DNA of 37,703 nt, filler included, from Candidatus Woesearchaeota archaeon (GTDB taxonomy: Archaea; Nanobdellota; Nanobdellia; Woesearchaeales; ARS49), in assembly GCA_016188265.1 (NCBI GenBank). It is 2 parts of 2 records of this genome, joined end to end, with 100 filler letters (N's around TTAATTAATTAA, not from the genome) between each part and the next. Parts side by side here need not be neighbours in the genome. Positions count along the whole stretch, not along the records: positions 1 to 29,916 come from JACPID010000022.1; positions 30,017 to 37,703 come from JACPID010000005.1. One strand, 5' to 3'. Below, piece by piece: positions 29,192 through 37,703 of this stretch. Both the position numbers and the translations under genes were made by a program. Below the pieces are notes generated by a model. It was given only the letters and a program-made list of their open reading frames with translations. It searched no databases and had not been told where the DNA came from. Position 1 is the stretch's first letter. Every line of letters starts with the position of its first letter.

Positions 29192-29865
29192 TTCTTACCT
29201 CCAACAATTTCTCCATCATTAATTGTAATTATTTTTTTAGCATATTTTCTCATTCTAACATCATGGGTTACAAAAACAATTGTTTTACCTTGTTTATTAA
29301 GCTCCTGAAACAATTCAATAATTTTTTTGCCAGTTAGAGAATCAAGATTTCCAGTAGGTTCATCTGCAAGAATAATTTCAGGATCATTAACTAAAGATCT
29401 AGCAATAGCAACACGCTGCTGTTCACCGCCAGACATTTGAGGAGGCCTATGATTTAATCTATGCCCTAAACCTACAAAATCCAAAAGCTTTTTTGCTTTT
29501 TCCTGCCTCTTACTTAAAGGAGTTTCCTGAAACATCATAGGAAGCATAACATTTTGCAAAGCACTCAATGTAGGAATAAGATTAAACTTTTGAAAAACAA
29601 AACCAATAGTTTTACCTCTCACTTTAGCAAGTTCATCTTCTGAATAATTAGATAATTTTTTACCATTTAATTCCATGCTTCCTTTAGTAGGAATATCCAA
29701 ACAGCCAATTAAATTCATTAATGTTGACTTTCCAGAACCACTAGGGCCTATAATTGCAGTAAATGATTTATTAGGAATACTAATATTAATATTTCGCAAA
29801 GCATGGATGCTTTCACTTTTCAAATCATAAGTCTTCCAGACATTGTTCAAACAGATCAATAACAA
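29188..29865 (-). CDS. ABC transporter ATP-binding protein (LolD/MacB family)
   Basis: [37 protein letters not shown]. Confidence 0.96.
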   Translation of the reverse strand: MLLICLNNVWKTYDLKSESIHALRNINISIPNKSFTAIIGPSGSGKSTLMNLIGCLDIPTKGSMELNGKKLSNYSEDELAKVRGKTIGFVFQKFNLIPTLSALQNVMLPMMFQETPLSKRQEKAKKLLDFVGLGHRLNHRPPQMSGGEQQRVAIARSLVNDPEIILADEPTGNLDSLTGKKIIELFQELNKQGKTIVFVTHDVRMRKYAKKIITINDGEIVGGKK

Positions 29866-29916
29866 CCCCCTCTAAGTTAGTTTTGAATAAAGTTTTATAA
29901 ATGTAATGAAACAATT

Positions 29917-30016
29917 NNNNNNNNNNNNNNNNNNNNNNNNNNNNNNNNNNNNNNNNNNNNTTAATTAATTAANNNNNNNNNNNNNNNNNNNNNNNNNNNN
30001 NNNNNNNNNNNNNNNN
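29917..30016. other. Artificial contig linker
   Basis: 44 N + TTAATTAATTAA (stops in six frames) + 44 N. Confidence 0.95.
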
Positions 30017-30017
30017 T

Positions 30018-30479
30018 GATGCTGATGGCGCCATTAAACTCGCACGTGCTGGTGTGTTGCATAAAGTTGTAGCGTTTGTGAGTTGCTTTATGCCAGAACA
30101 GGTTTATGCTGAGATTATGAAGGGAAAGGAAAAAATGTATGAAGATGCGTTTATCATTGAAGGATTGGTGGAGAACAAGAAAGTGAAAGTGGTAAAGGTA
30201 ACGCCCATGGAATCTGAAGGTCTTGGTCAAGGTGAGCGGAGCGTACTTGTGTATGTTGCAAAATCAGAAATTGATGCAGTCATTAGTGATGATCGAAAAT
30301 TCCTTTCAATCTTGGAAAGTAAGCACATTCCATATATCGTTCCTACCGACATCATAGCTGTCATGGCTATCACAAAGAATTTAACAAAGGTACAAGCACA
30401 TGAAGCGTTAGACGCCTTGCAACCTTTTGTGAGTGAATCAAACTATAAAGCTGCAAAAGAAGTTATTGAAGGAGGATGA
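30018..30479 (+). CDS. PIN-domain (VapC-like) toxin, 5' end cut by the contig edge
   Basis: Frame open from DADGAIKL; VYAE, LGQGE, VISDD PIN motifs. Confidence 0.85.
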   Translation, partial: DADGAIKLARAGVLHKVVAFVSCFMPEQVYAEIMKGKEKMYEDAFIIEGLVENKKVKVVKVTPMESEGLGQGERSVLVYVAKSEIDAVISDDRKFLSILESKHIPYIVPTDIIAVMAITKNLTKVQAHEALDALQPFVSESNYKAAKEVIEGG

Positions 30480-30787
30480 ACATGCAAACAATAGCGTATC
30501 CATTAAGAATTCCTGAAGAGATCGTGACACTTGCGAAACTACGGGCGAAGGAAGAATACGTTGATCAAGCAACTGCTCTCAGGCAGCTGCTTTACATTGG
30601 AGCAGAAGAGTATATCTTGAACTTAGTTGCGATGGGACGTATTTCAATCGGAAGAGCTGCAGATCTCTTGAAAACATCGATTCAAGATATTTACCGCCTT
30701 GCTGAAAAACACGGAGTAAAACTAGGGGCAACAGCAGAGCAACAAAAGAAGAGTTTGGAGACCGCGAAGAGGTTGCTGAAACGATAG
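30476..30787 (+). CDS. UPF0175-family antitoxin
   Basis: GRISIGRAADLL...IYRLAEKHGV; ATGA overlap with the PIN gene. Confidence 0.82.
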   Translation: MNMQTIAYPLRIPEEIVTLAKLRAKEEYVDQATALRQLLYIGAEEYILNLVAMGRISIGRAADLLKTSIQDIYRLAEKHGVKLGATAEQQKKSLETAKRLLKR

Positions 30788-30862
30788 ATGTGGAATACGT
30801 TAAAATGAAATGCAAGAATTGCAACAGGGAATATAAAACATTTACGCTCGCTATGTCGCGTA

Positions 30863-32989
30863 CTATTTAGAAAACGAAACTATTGTCCTATTATTTATTT
30901 CGTTTTCTATTAGTTTAAGCAGGTCATCTCCGTACTTAATTAATTTGTTAGGTCCAAAACCGTAAATTCTTTCTAGTTCTGCTTTGTTTGATGGGAGTTT
31001 TTGTGCTAATTCAATGAGTGTTTTGTCGTGCAGCATCATGAATGCCGGCAAGCCTTGTTTTGTGCTTACTTCTCTTCTCCATTCTTTCAGTCTTGTTAAT
31101 ATATCGCTTGATAAATTGATTTTTGGATTGTATTGTACTTTTGCTTTTTGTTCTTGAATTAGTTCTGTCATGTTTTTTGTTATGAAATTTGTTGGGCGTT
31201 TGCCTGTGTATGTCATATACAAATTGTTTTTTGCTCTGCTCATTGCTACATAAAAAAGTCTTCTTTCCTCTTCTTCTTTATCATACTCATCTACTTTTAC
31301 CATTTCTATTACTGGGTGTTCGCTTCCTTTGCAAGGAAAGTTTGAAATATTGCAACCTATTATGAAAACTGCTTCTGCTTCTAATCCTTTTATTGAATGA
31401 ATTGTTGCAACAGTAATTTCATCATCGGTTGATTCAATATCAGTTCTTGTTTCATCACTTCGCACAATATGTTTTATTCCTCTTAATTTCATGAGTTGAG
31501 ATAGCTCGTTTAGTTGCTTATTAGTTCTTGCTAAAACAAAGATTTCTTTTCTTGGAATTTCTAAAGCAAGAATTCTTTGAATTACAAACTCAAATTCCGC
31601 CCCTTCATTTTCAAAACTTAATAAGTGTATATTTTTTTCTCCCTGAATTATTGTTCTGAGATCTGGAAGATTCATGTTTTTAATTGAGCGATTAATTAAG
31701 TCAACTATATGATTTGTTGACCTGTAATTAAATGCCAATGTTATTGTTTCAGAGTTTGGATATTTTTCTTTAAAATTCAATATGTACTTTATGTCTGAGC
31801 CTCTCCAGCCAAAGATTGATTGTCTAGGGTCTCCAACGCAAAAAATATTTTTCGGAGTTAACAAATCTACTAATTTTATTTGTGTTGAATTAACATCTTG
31901 ATACTCATCTATCAGCACATGATCAAATTCGGGAATTAGGTTTTTATGTTTTTCAAATATTTTTATTGTTTCAATAAGTTGGTCTGCGTAATCTCTTAAT
32001 CCGTGCTTAAACATGTATTCTTCAAAATACTTGCACACTTTAAAAACTAAATCTGCACTGTCTTTATGCGCGAAATCGTTTGATTGAAATGCAGACTTTT
32101 CTAATGGTCTATTTTTGAACTTTAAGTAGTCGAGAATAAAAAAACAGTCGTTCAAAAAAATTCTAGCCAATTGTTCTGGCAGTTTTCCTATTTTTTGTCC
32201 TGTTGAAAAGTAAGAATCAATTGCTTGAGGCATTGTCAAGTTTAAACTCTGAAGCGCTCTATTCATCATGATAAGTTTATCTTTGTAATTAATAACTCTA
32301 AACTTTTTATCGTAAACCAAATCATTTTGTTTTTCAAGAATTTTTTCACAAAAAGAATTGAAAGTTTCAACAGAAACAAATTCCACATCTTTAAGCCTTC
32401 GCATCATTTCTTGCCTGGCTTTTCTAGTGAAAGTTATTGCAAGGATTCTGTTGGGATCAACAGAACGATACTTTACGAGAAACTTGATTCTTTTAACAAG
32501 TACTGTTGTTTTGCCTGAACCTGCTCCTGCAAGACAAAGAATGCTTTCTTTATTACTTATAATTGCCTTCTTTTGTTCATCATTATATGCTGATAAAAAA
32601 TCTCCGAAAGCGTTAAAGATCTTTTTGTCCTCTTCAGTTATTTGAGTTGCTGTCTCTTTAAAATTAAAAGCTAACTTTTTTTTGTATAATTCGGGATTTA
32701 GAATTTCTTTAATTCCTTTTTCTGTTAGTTCAAGAACTTTCCAAAACTTTTTACCATTAACAGAACTTATTTTAATCAAATTATTTGCTATCAAGTTATT
32801 TATTATTTCTCCAATTTCATCAGAAGAATAAGTCATACTGCCAAAATTACTTTTGGAATACAACTTATTGCGTTCAATTGAATCATTATCCTTATTGCCT
32901 TGCAAGAAATCAATCAATAATTGCTTTCCAACACTAAAAGGAATTTCTTGCAGAGCTTTCAAGATAAAAAGATAATCTGAATCATTCAT
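30863..32989 (-). CDS. UvrD/Rep-family helicase with N-terminal RQC-like and C-terminal HRDC domains
   Basis: AGAGSGKT, DEYQD, VGDPRQSIFGWRG, NYRS, TIHSIKGLE, EERRLFYVAMSRAK; LKEWRR..PAF..HDKTL..GFGPNK..YG. Confidence 0.92.
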   Translation of the reverse strand: MNDSDYLFILKALQEIPFSVGKQLLIDFLQGNKDNDSIERNKLYSKSNFGSMTYSSDEIGEIINNLIANNLIKISSVNGKKFWKVLELTEKGIKEILNPELYKKKLAFNFKETATQITEEDKKIFNAFGDFLSAYNDEQKKAIISNKESILCLAGAGSGKTTVLVKRIKFLVKYRSVDPNRILAITFTRKARQEMMRRLKDVEFVSVETFNSFCEKILEKQNDLVYDKKFRVINYKDKLIMMNRALQSLNLTMPQAIDSYFSTGQKIGKLPEQLARIFLNDCFFILDYLKFKNRPLEKSAFQSNDFAHKDSADLVFKVCKYFEEYMFKHGLRDYADQLIETIKIFEKHKNLIPEFDHVLIDEYQDVNSTQIKLVDLLTPKNIFCVGDPRQSIFGWRGSDIKYILNFKEKYPNSETITLAFNYRSTNHIVDLINRSIKNMNLPDLRTIIQGEKNIHLLSFENEGAEFEFVIQRILALEIPRKEIFVLARTNKQLNELSQLMKLRGIKHIVRSDETRTDIESTDDEITVATIHSIKGLEAEAVFIIGCNISNFPCKGSEHPVIEMVKVDEYDKEEEERRLFYVAMSRAKNNLYMTYTGKRPTNFITKNMTELIQEQKAKVQYNPKINLSSDILTRLKEWRREVSTKQGLPAFMMLHDKTLIELAQKLPSNKAELERIYGFGPNKLIKYGDDLLKLIENEINNRTIVSFSK

Positions 32990-32999
32990 TTCAACACAG

Positions 33000-33575
33000 T
33001 TAAGTCAACGCTTTTTTAATCTTTTTTATTATTTTCTTATTTGCTCCCTCTACACAAGAGTCTTCTGAGTTGATTATGTTAGCAACATTTCCATATTTTC
33101 TAATAATTGCCTTTGCTTTTTTAGGACCTATCCCTTCAACACACTGAAGAATCTTTTCTGCAACAGGAATTCTTTTAGGAAAAATTTTTAGGTTTTTATA
33201 AAAAAATATTTGATTATCTGAATTATTGAGTATTTTAATTGCTTCTGCAGTATTTTCCAATGATTGGGAGAATATTACAGGTATTCCTAATTGCAGAGTT
33301 ATATATTGCAGTGTTGAATAAAAAAGTTTAGGGTTGGTTAATAAATTAGGGTCGATTAAACCTTCTATTACTAAAATTGTTTTTGCATATTGGCTTTTTG
33401 TCTTCAATAATTGGTTGAATAATTTTTTGTTGTATACTGATTGCAAGAAATCACTGAAAGTTTTTCTTTCAACAGCAATACCCTCAATTAAGTAGTCACA
33501 ATTTAATCTGCATAATTTATGTTCGTGAAAATATTTTATTATTTCTCTTGGTTCGTTAAAGTCTATTAAAATCAT
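33000..33575 (-). CDS. ERCC4/XPF-domain nuclease with HhH motif
   Basis: CDYLI..AVERKTFSDF, LVIEG, EGIGPKKA. Confidence 0.88.
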   Translation of the reverse strand: MILIDFNEPREIIKYFHEHKLCRLNCDYLIEGIAVERKTFSDFLQSVYNKKLFNQLLKTKSQYAKTILVIEGLIDPNLLTNPKLFYSTLQYITLQLGIPVIFSQSLENTAEAIKILNNSDNQIFFYKNLKIFPKRIPVAEKILQCVEGIGPKKAKAIIRKYGNVANIINSEDSCVEGANKKIIKKIKKALT

Positions 33576-33763
33576 TTTTATTCATAACAACAACCTACTT
33601 GAACCATTTAAACACGCTACGCATAAATGTCCAGTGTCCAGTGAACTTAGCTGGTGGTTTTTGGTTTGTAGTCTATGGTATGTGAGTTTTTTAGTAATAT
33701 CTTCGAGACAGATTTCTCTAAATTTTGCGGTTAAGAATTCTCGAGAGACTAAATAGCAAGTAA

Positions 33764-34254
33764 TTATTTCAGTTCATATCTATTACTATCTCTTCCATAG
33801 CATTTATCTATAACTTTTTTGAAAGATTTGTCTAAACTTATTCCTTGAGAATTAGCTAAACAACAACATGTAAAAATAATATCTGCTATTTCTTCACCTA
33901 ACTCGCTTGTTTTTTCTGACGCTTTTTTCTTTTTAGGACCATAAATATGATTTATTTCTCTTGCTAACTCACCAGTTTCTTCAGTTAACCTTGCAAGTAT
34001 TTCATGAGGTTTCCAATAGCCAATCTTGTATTGTTTTACCCAATCGTCAACTAATTTGTCAAGAACCAATGGTCAATAGACCAGTGGCATGAAACTTTGG
34101 TTTCAGCATCCAGTGGTTCACAAGAAAATGCAACGCATTTTCTGTGCACAGAAAATCTTCGATTTTCTAGTGCTTGAGCACACTAAGATTCCACTACTAA
34201 ACCACTAGTGAAACACTAGTGGAATCTTAGTGTTTGAATATCTGTTAAAGACAT
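33764..34254 (-). CDS. MazG-like nucleotide pyrophosphohydrolase interrupted by a 176-bp insertion
   Basis: LARLTEETGELAREINH..EEIAD; removing 34058-34233 gives MSLTDIQ|KLVDDWVKQY (104 aa); TATA box about 23 nt upstream of ATG 34254. Confidence 0.85.
34058..34233 (-). mobile_element. Multi-hairpin MITE/REP-like element, copy 2 (complete, 176 bp)
   Basis: Begins with a 17-bp stem ACACTAAGATTCCACTA/TAGTGGAATCTTAGTGT, ends GGTTCTTGAC; 129/134 identical to 7-140. Confidence 0.85.
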
Positions 34255-34287
34255 TAGTAAAATAAATAAACACCATTATATAAATCT

Positions 34288-35040
34288 TTACTTGAACAAC
34301 TTCTCTATAGTATCTAAAGTGTACAAGATTATTGCATTGGTTTGTATTTTTGTTGGGTGAAATGCATCTTGTTTTTTGTGAACACTAAAAATACGCATTT
34401 GGTTTATTAAATGTATTTGGTTTGTTAGTCCTGGATCAAGTTTTACTCCTTTTTCATTCATTTTAGCAATTAAATTTCCTAAGCCCATTCCGGGACTTTT
34501 TTCAAGTAAATCTTGATCTGTGACTTCATAATATTTTCTATGAAGTACTGTTTCTAATAATCTGCCGCATAATATAATCGCGCTTCTGTAACAACATGCT
34601 TGAAAGCAGGTATTAAGTTCATCTACATCTGCAATAATTTCTGATTGAATTTCAATGGGAATGATATTAGAATTTATGTTTATCAGGCTTGTTTTAGGAA
34701 TGTTGAATTGATCTATATAATAATTTATTTTTTCTATTAGTTCTTGCAATCTAGTTGCATTTCTTTCATGATTTAATTGTTCAAGATGTTCTTGAAGTTT
34801 AACATTTATTCTTTCATTATGAGAATCAAATGAAGCTAATTCATTTAGTTTTCTACTTGTTTTCACGCATTTTTCTAATGCTTGAATAAATGCACGCTTA
34901 TAATATTCTTTTTGAATGCCTTTATAATCAAGTAAATGTTGTGGTTGTTCGCTTGTGCCTAAATCCGCTTTATTTGCTAAAGCTTGATTTAAAGCAAATT
35001 GCAAATCAATTAATGACTTTTTAAATTCATCCAAGGCCAT
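34288..35040 (-). CDS. DUF4145-like (HEPN-fold) domain protein
   Basis: YRSAIILCGRLLE, LGNLI, RIFSVH (Rx4H). Confidence 0.72.
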   Translation of the reverse strand: MALDEFKKSLIDLQFALNQALANKADLGTSEQPQHLLDYKGIQKEYYKRAFIQALEKCVKTSRKLNELASFDSHNERINVKLQEHLEQLNHERNATRLQELIEKINYYIDQFNIPKTSLININSNIIPIEIQSEIIADVDELNTCFQACCYRSAIILCGRLLETVLHRKYYEVTDQDLLEKSPGMGLGNLIAKMNEKGVKLDPGLTNQIHLINQMRIFSVHKKQDAFHPTKIQTNAIILYTLDTIEKLFK

Positions 35041-35121
35041 TATTAACTAAAATAAAGCTTTAGTTTTTATTATTTATTGTTCTGGAATGATTTTGATAAT
35101 TATTTAGCAAAAGAACTTAAT

Positions 35122-36315
35122 TTAGAAGTCAACTAATCTTTTTTGTGTTTGAATATTTTTTAATAACCAACTTTTTTTAAGAAGTATACTAAGATCATAA
35201 CTGAACTTTTTTTTAGCTAGCGCTGTTGCATATGCAATCATTAATTCTTTTGATGAAAATGTTATTGGTTTTTGATTCATTGTCTTACGGGTTGCTTCTC
35301 GTGTCACCCATACTCCCAATGGTAAAGTATATTCTTCTGTTATAAATCTAAATACAAGAATACTTGCTTGTTTTTTTATTTCTTTAAGTTTCTCAGCTGT
35401 TGCTAATCTTACAGTATAGTATCCTCCTGTACAAGCCTCTGAATAATTTGTTCTTCCGTTAACTCCTTCGTAATCTGTAGCAACACTATTAGTTGGAACA
35501 AAAATCTCGAACAATTCATAACTCCACATGTCAGGAATTAATAAGATTAAATAATAATTTCCTAAATAAGAACCAAAAAATGCTTGATATTCGGTTAATG
35601 AATTTTCTTTAATTTGGGAAATAACTTGTTTTCCAAGCTGGTCGTCTACAGCAGTTATTGCCCATCTTGTTGGAACAAGTTTTCTATTTTTTTTAATTCC
35701 AAGAATTCCAACACTCAATAATCTTGAAAGAGCGCTTTCTTCTATATTTTTTTTATACAAATAATTTATTGCTTCTTGTGCTTTAAGATCTGTATCATAA
35801 ACAACTTTTTCAATTTTTGCAGAAATATTAGGATTATTTGTTAGTTCTGCTTTTTTAAGAAGAGCTTTCGGACCATGGGGTGCTGAATAAGGGTCGAGAT
35901 GATTTGTTAATTTAGGCGGTTTTTCTAGTTTAATTTCTACTTCTGCTGAATTATTTTTTGCCATTGCAACTTCTTGGATAAGATCAAGAAATTTTGTATT
36001 ATTTTTAACATTTAAAATTATTCTTGAGTTAAGTAGAGAGGTTCTTAAATCAACTATTTGTTCAATATTGTAGGATTGCTCTGCCCATTTTTTTGGCGCA
36101 TCATAAATCCATGGCGAATTTGAATATTCTGGCAAAGAAAGAATTCCTACGCTTATGTTTGGATACCCGTAGTGTCCTAGGAATGGTGCAGGAGCGCTGC
36201 CATTTAAAGAATCTGTCAATGCTAAAGATTTTATTTTAGTTTGTGCTTTAGCTTTAAGCCAAAACAGGCATGATGTTTCTTCATGTTTTCCTTTGCAGTG
36301 TGGACATTGTTTCAT
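35122..36315 (-). CDS. nreA: Nre-family archaeal DNA repair protein
   Basis: GYPNISVG, RKLVPTRWAITAVDD, GGYY..RL, PLGVWVTRE, C-terminal PIP box QKRLVDF. Confidence 0.88.
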   Translation of the reverse strand: MKQCPHCKGKHEETSCLFWLKAKAQTKIKSLALTDSLNGSAPAPFLGHYGYPNISVGILSLPEYSNSPWIYDAPKKWAEQSYNIEQIVDLRTSLLNSRIILNVKNNTKFLDLIQEVAMAKNNSAEVEIKLEKPPKLTNHLDPYSAPHGPKALLKKAELTNNPNISAKIEKVVYDTDLKAQEAINYLYKKNIEESALSRLLSVGILGIKKNRKLVPTRWAITAVDDQLGKQVISQIKENSLTEYQAFFGSYLGNYYLILLIPDMWSYELFEIFVPTNSVATDYEGVNGRTNYSEACTGGYYTVRLATAEKLKEIKKQASILVFRFITEEYTLPLGVWVTREATRKTMNQKPITFSSKELMIAYATALAKKKFSYDLSILLKKSWLLKNIQTQKRLVDF

Positions 36316-36357
36316 AAACGAAATTATTAAATATTGTTTAACTCTATAAATATTTTG

Positions 36358-36585
36358 ATGGTGAATTTATTTTATCAAATAATAATTGAGTGTAAGGATA
36401 TTTCAAGTGATGTTGAAAAAGAATTAAAAGAGCTGAGATTTAGAAAGTACAGTGTAGATAATTCATGTTTTTATTCAGTATTTGTTAATACAAAGGCTAT
36501 GGCGAGAAGGTATAAAAATAATTTAATAGAAAAGCATAACATACCTGTAGATATTCTAGATGGTTATGGAATTTTTGTTCATTAG
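36358..36585 (+). CDS. Small hypothetical protein, paralog of 36621..36839
   Basis: Shared DIS..VE.EL...RF.......FY..FVN pattern; start codon uncertain. Confidence 0.6.
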   Translation: MVNLFYQIIIECKDISSDVEKELKELRFRKYSVDNSCFYSVFVNTKAMARRYKNNLIEKHNIPVDILDGYGIFVH

Positions 36586-36620
36586 CAATATTTATATATT
36601 ATTTAGTATAACTATATTCT

Positions 36621-36839
36621 ATGTTTCAAATATCAGTTGATCGGGATATTTCAGAAGCTGTTGAAGAAGAATTAAATTCAATGAGGTTTACTCTTTGCCA
36701 AAAACATAATCCACCGTTTTATTTTTTGTTTGTAAATAATAAATTACAGGTTGAAACTGTCTTGTACGAATTAAAAACAATGTATGGTATTAATGCTGAA
36801 TGCTTTAAAATTCCTGAATACATTTTAGATTATAGATAA
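36621..36839 (+). CDS. Small hypothetical protein, paralog of the upstream gene
   Basis: 72 aa; TTTATATA box about 22 nt upstream; similarity to neighbour. Confidence 0.65.
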   Translation: MFQISVDRDISEAVEEELNSMRFTLCQKHNPPFYFLFVNNKLQVETVLYELKTMYGINAECFKIPEYILDYR

Positions 36840-36853
36840 ATTATGAATAATAA

Positions 36854-37450
36854 CTAAATTGCTTTTTTTTCTTTGCCAAAATCTTTCTCACTGCCTTCAA
36901 ATTCTAGTTCATATTCTGGGGTTTTAGGTTGAGCTTTTTTTTCTTGTATAGGGGGTTTTTGCTTTTCAGAGAAAGGTTTTTGGCCAATGATAAGCCATAA
37001 AACTCCAATAAGTGTTGCAAGTCCTATTAGTGCAGGAACAAAAGGGCCTAGGCGTATTTGTGCTGTTTTTGGAGAAAACAGCATTATGCCAATAAGTAAA
37101 AATAACACTATTAATAGCATTGTTGTTCCAGGTTTAGGTACCCATTTTTCTGCCGATAACAACCTTGCAAGTATAATCACGAAAATAATAGCAATAAGAA
37201 TAAGCAAAAAATATTGAATAAAAACATGCATTAAGTTTACAAGATTAAGTGCTCCTACAAAAAAAAATCCAAGAACAAAAGCAACAACTGCATTAAGGTT
37301 GTGTTTTGCCTGTCCTTTGTCTATTCCTAAAACTTTTGTACGTTCTAATAATCCATATACAACTAAAAAAGAAATCATCCATGGAAGTATAACATCAAGC
37401 ACTCCTAATTTTACCCAAAACTGCAATGCCTCTTTTGCAAATGTCATCAT
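36854..37450 (-). CDS. Multi-pass membrane protein
   Basis: GVLDVILPW..FLVVYGLLERTKVLG..NAVVAFVLGFF; five TM segments. Confidence 0.75.
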   Translation of the reverse strand: MMTFAKEALQFWVKLGVLDVILPWMISFLVVYGLLERTKVLGIDKGQAKHNLNAVVAFVLGFFFVGALNLVNLMHVFIQYFLLILIAIIFVIILARLLSAEKWVPKPGTTMLLIVLFLLIGIMLFSPKTAQIRLGPFVPALIGLATLIGVLWLIIGQKPFSEKQKPPIQEKKAQPKTPEYELEFEGSEKDFGKEKKAI

Positions 37451-37533
37451 TCATATTTAAGTATTTGAGGTTTAAATAAGTTAGCATTAAAACACCACAA
37501 ACTATTTATTTTAGATAGTGTGAAGATTTTTAT

Positions 37534-37703
37534 ATGAGGTTAAGAAATATTTTTTTTGCTTGGACATTGTTTTTATCTGGATGTCCTTGGATGAAAAGAG
37601 ATACTATTATTAAAGAACCAGAAGCAGAGCAGCAGGTAGTTCTTGAACAACCTGCTAATCCAGATCAGGCAAGCAATCCTATTATTCAACATGAACCATT
37701 GAC
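37534..37703 (+). CDS. Putative lipoprotein, runs off the window
   Basis: MRLRNIFFAWTLFLSGC lipobox; frame open to the end. Confidence 0.55.
   Translation, partial: MRLRNIFFAWTLFLSGCPWMKRDTIIKEPEAEQQVVLEQPANPDQASNPIIQHEPL

Noticed and set aside
29961..30230. 89-aa ORF running into Ns
   Set aside because: Antisense to the PIN gene and terminated by the artificial linker.
34050..34240. BHB-type mRNA intron in the MazG-like gene
   Set aside because: TCAA/TTGA can form a 4-bp helix, but flanking helices are poor and canonical bulge cleavage gives an out-of-frame product. No matched take-off/landing codons for ribosomal bypassing either.

Overview
AT-rich archaeal DNA, most consistent with a DPANN/Woesearchaeota-type genome (TFB, eS6, eL43, Rpo12, prefoldin, BHB-intron tRNAs, Nre, bacterial-type Tgt; taxonomy is inference). 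An artificial N44-TTAATTAATTAA-N44 linker at 29917-30016 joins two contigs. Contig 1 holds a four-tRNA cluster (tRNA-Ser with two introns), a circularly permuted ATP-grasp ligase, housekeeping genes, an ~8 kb operon of large exported Cys-rich proteins, tgt, tfb, a copper-handling locus with a poly-A-frameshifted copA, decayed toxin-antitoxin modules next to dif-like sites, and an ABC exporter. Contig 2 holds a PIN/UPF0175 pair and a DNA-repair cluster (RQC-UvrD-HRDC helicase, ERCC4 nuclease, MazG-like protein, Nre). The most unusual signal is a family of short multi-hairpin elements ending in TTGAC|A that sit in or at the 5' ends of genes: one cleanly splits the MazG-like gene after codon 7, a 96% identical copy sits in a relE gene, and a relative abuts the tgt start codon. 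No transposase is encoded in the window. All calls are by eye; no searches were run.
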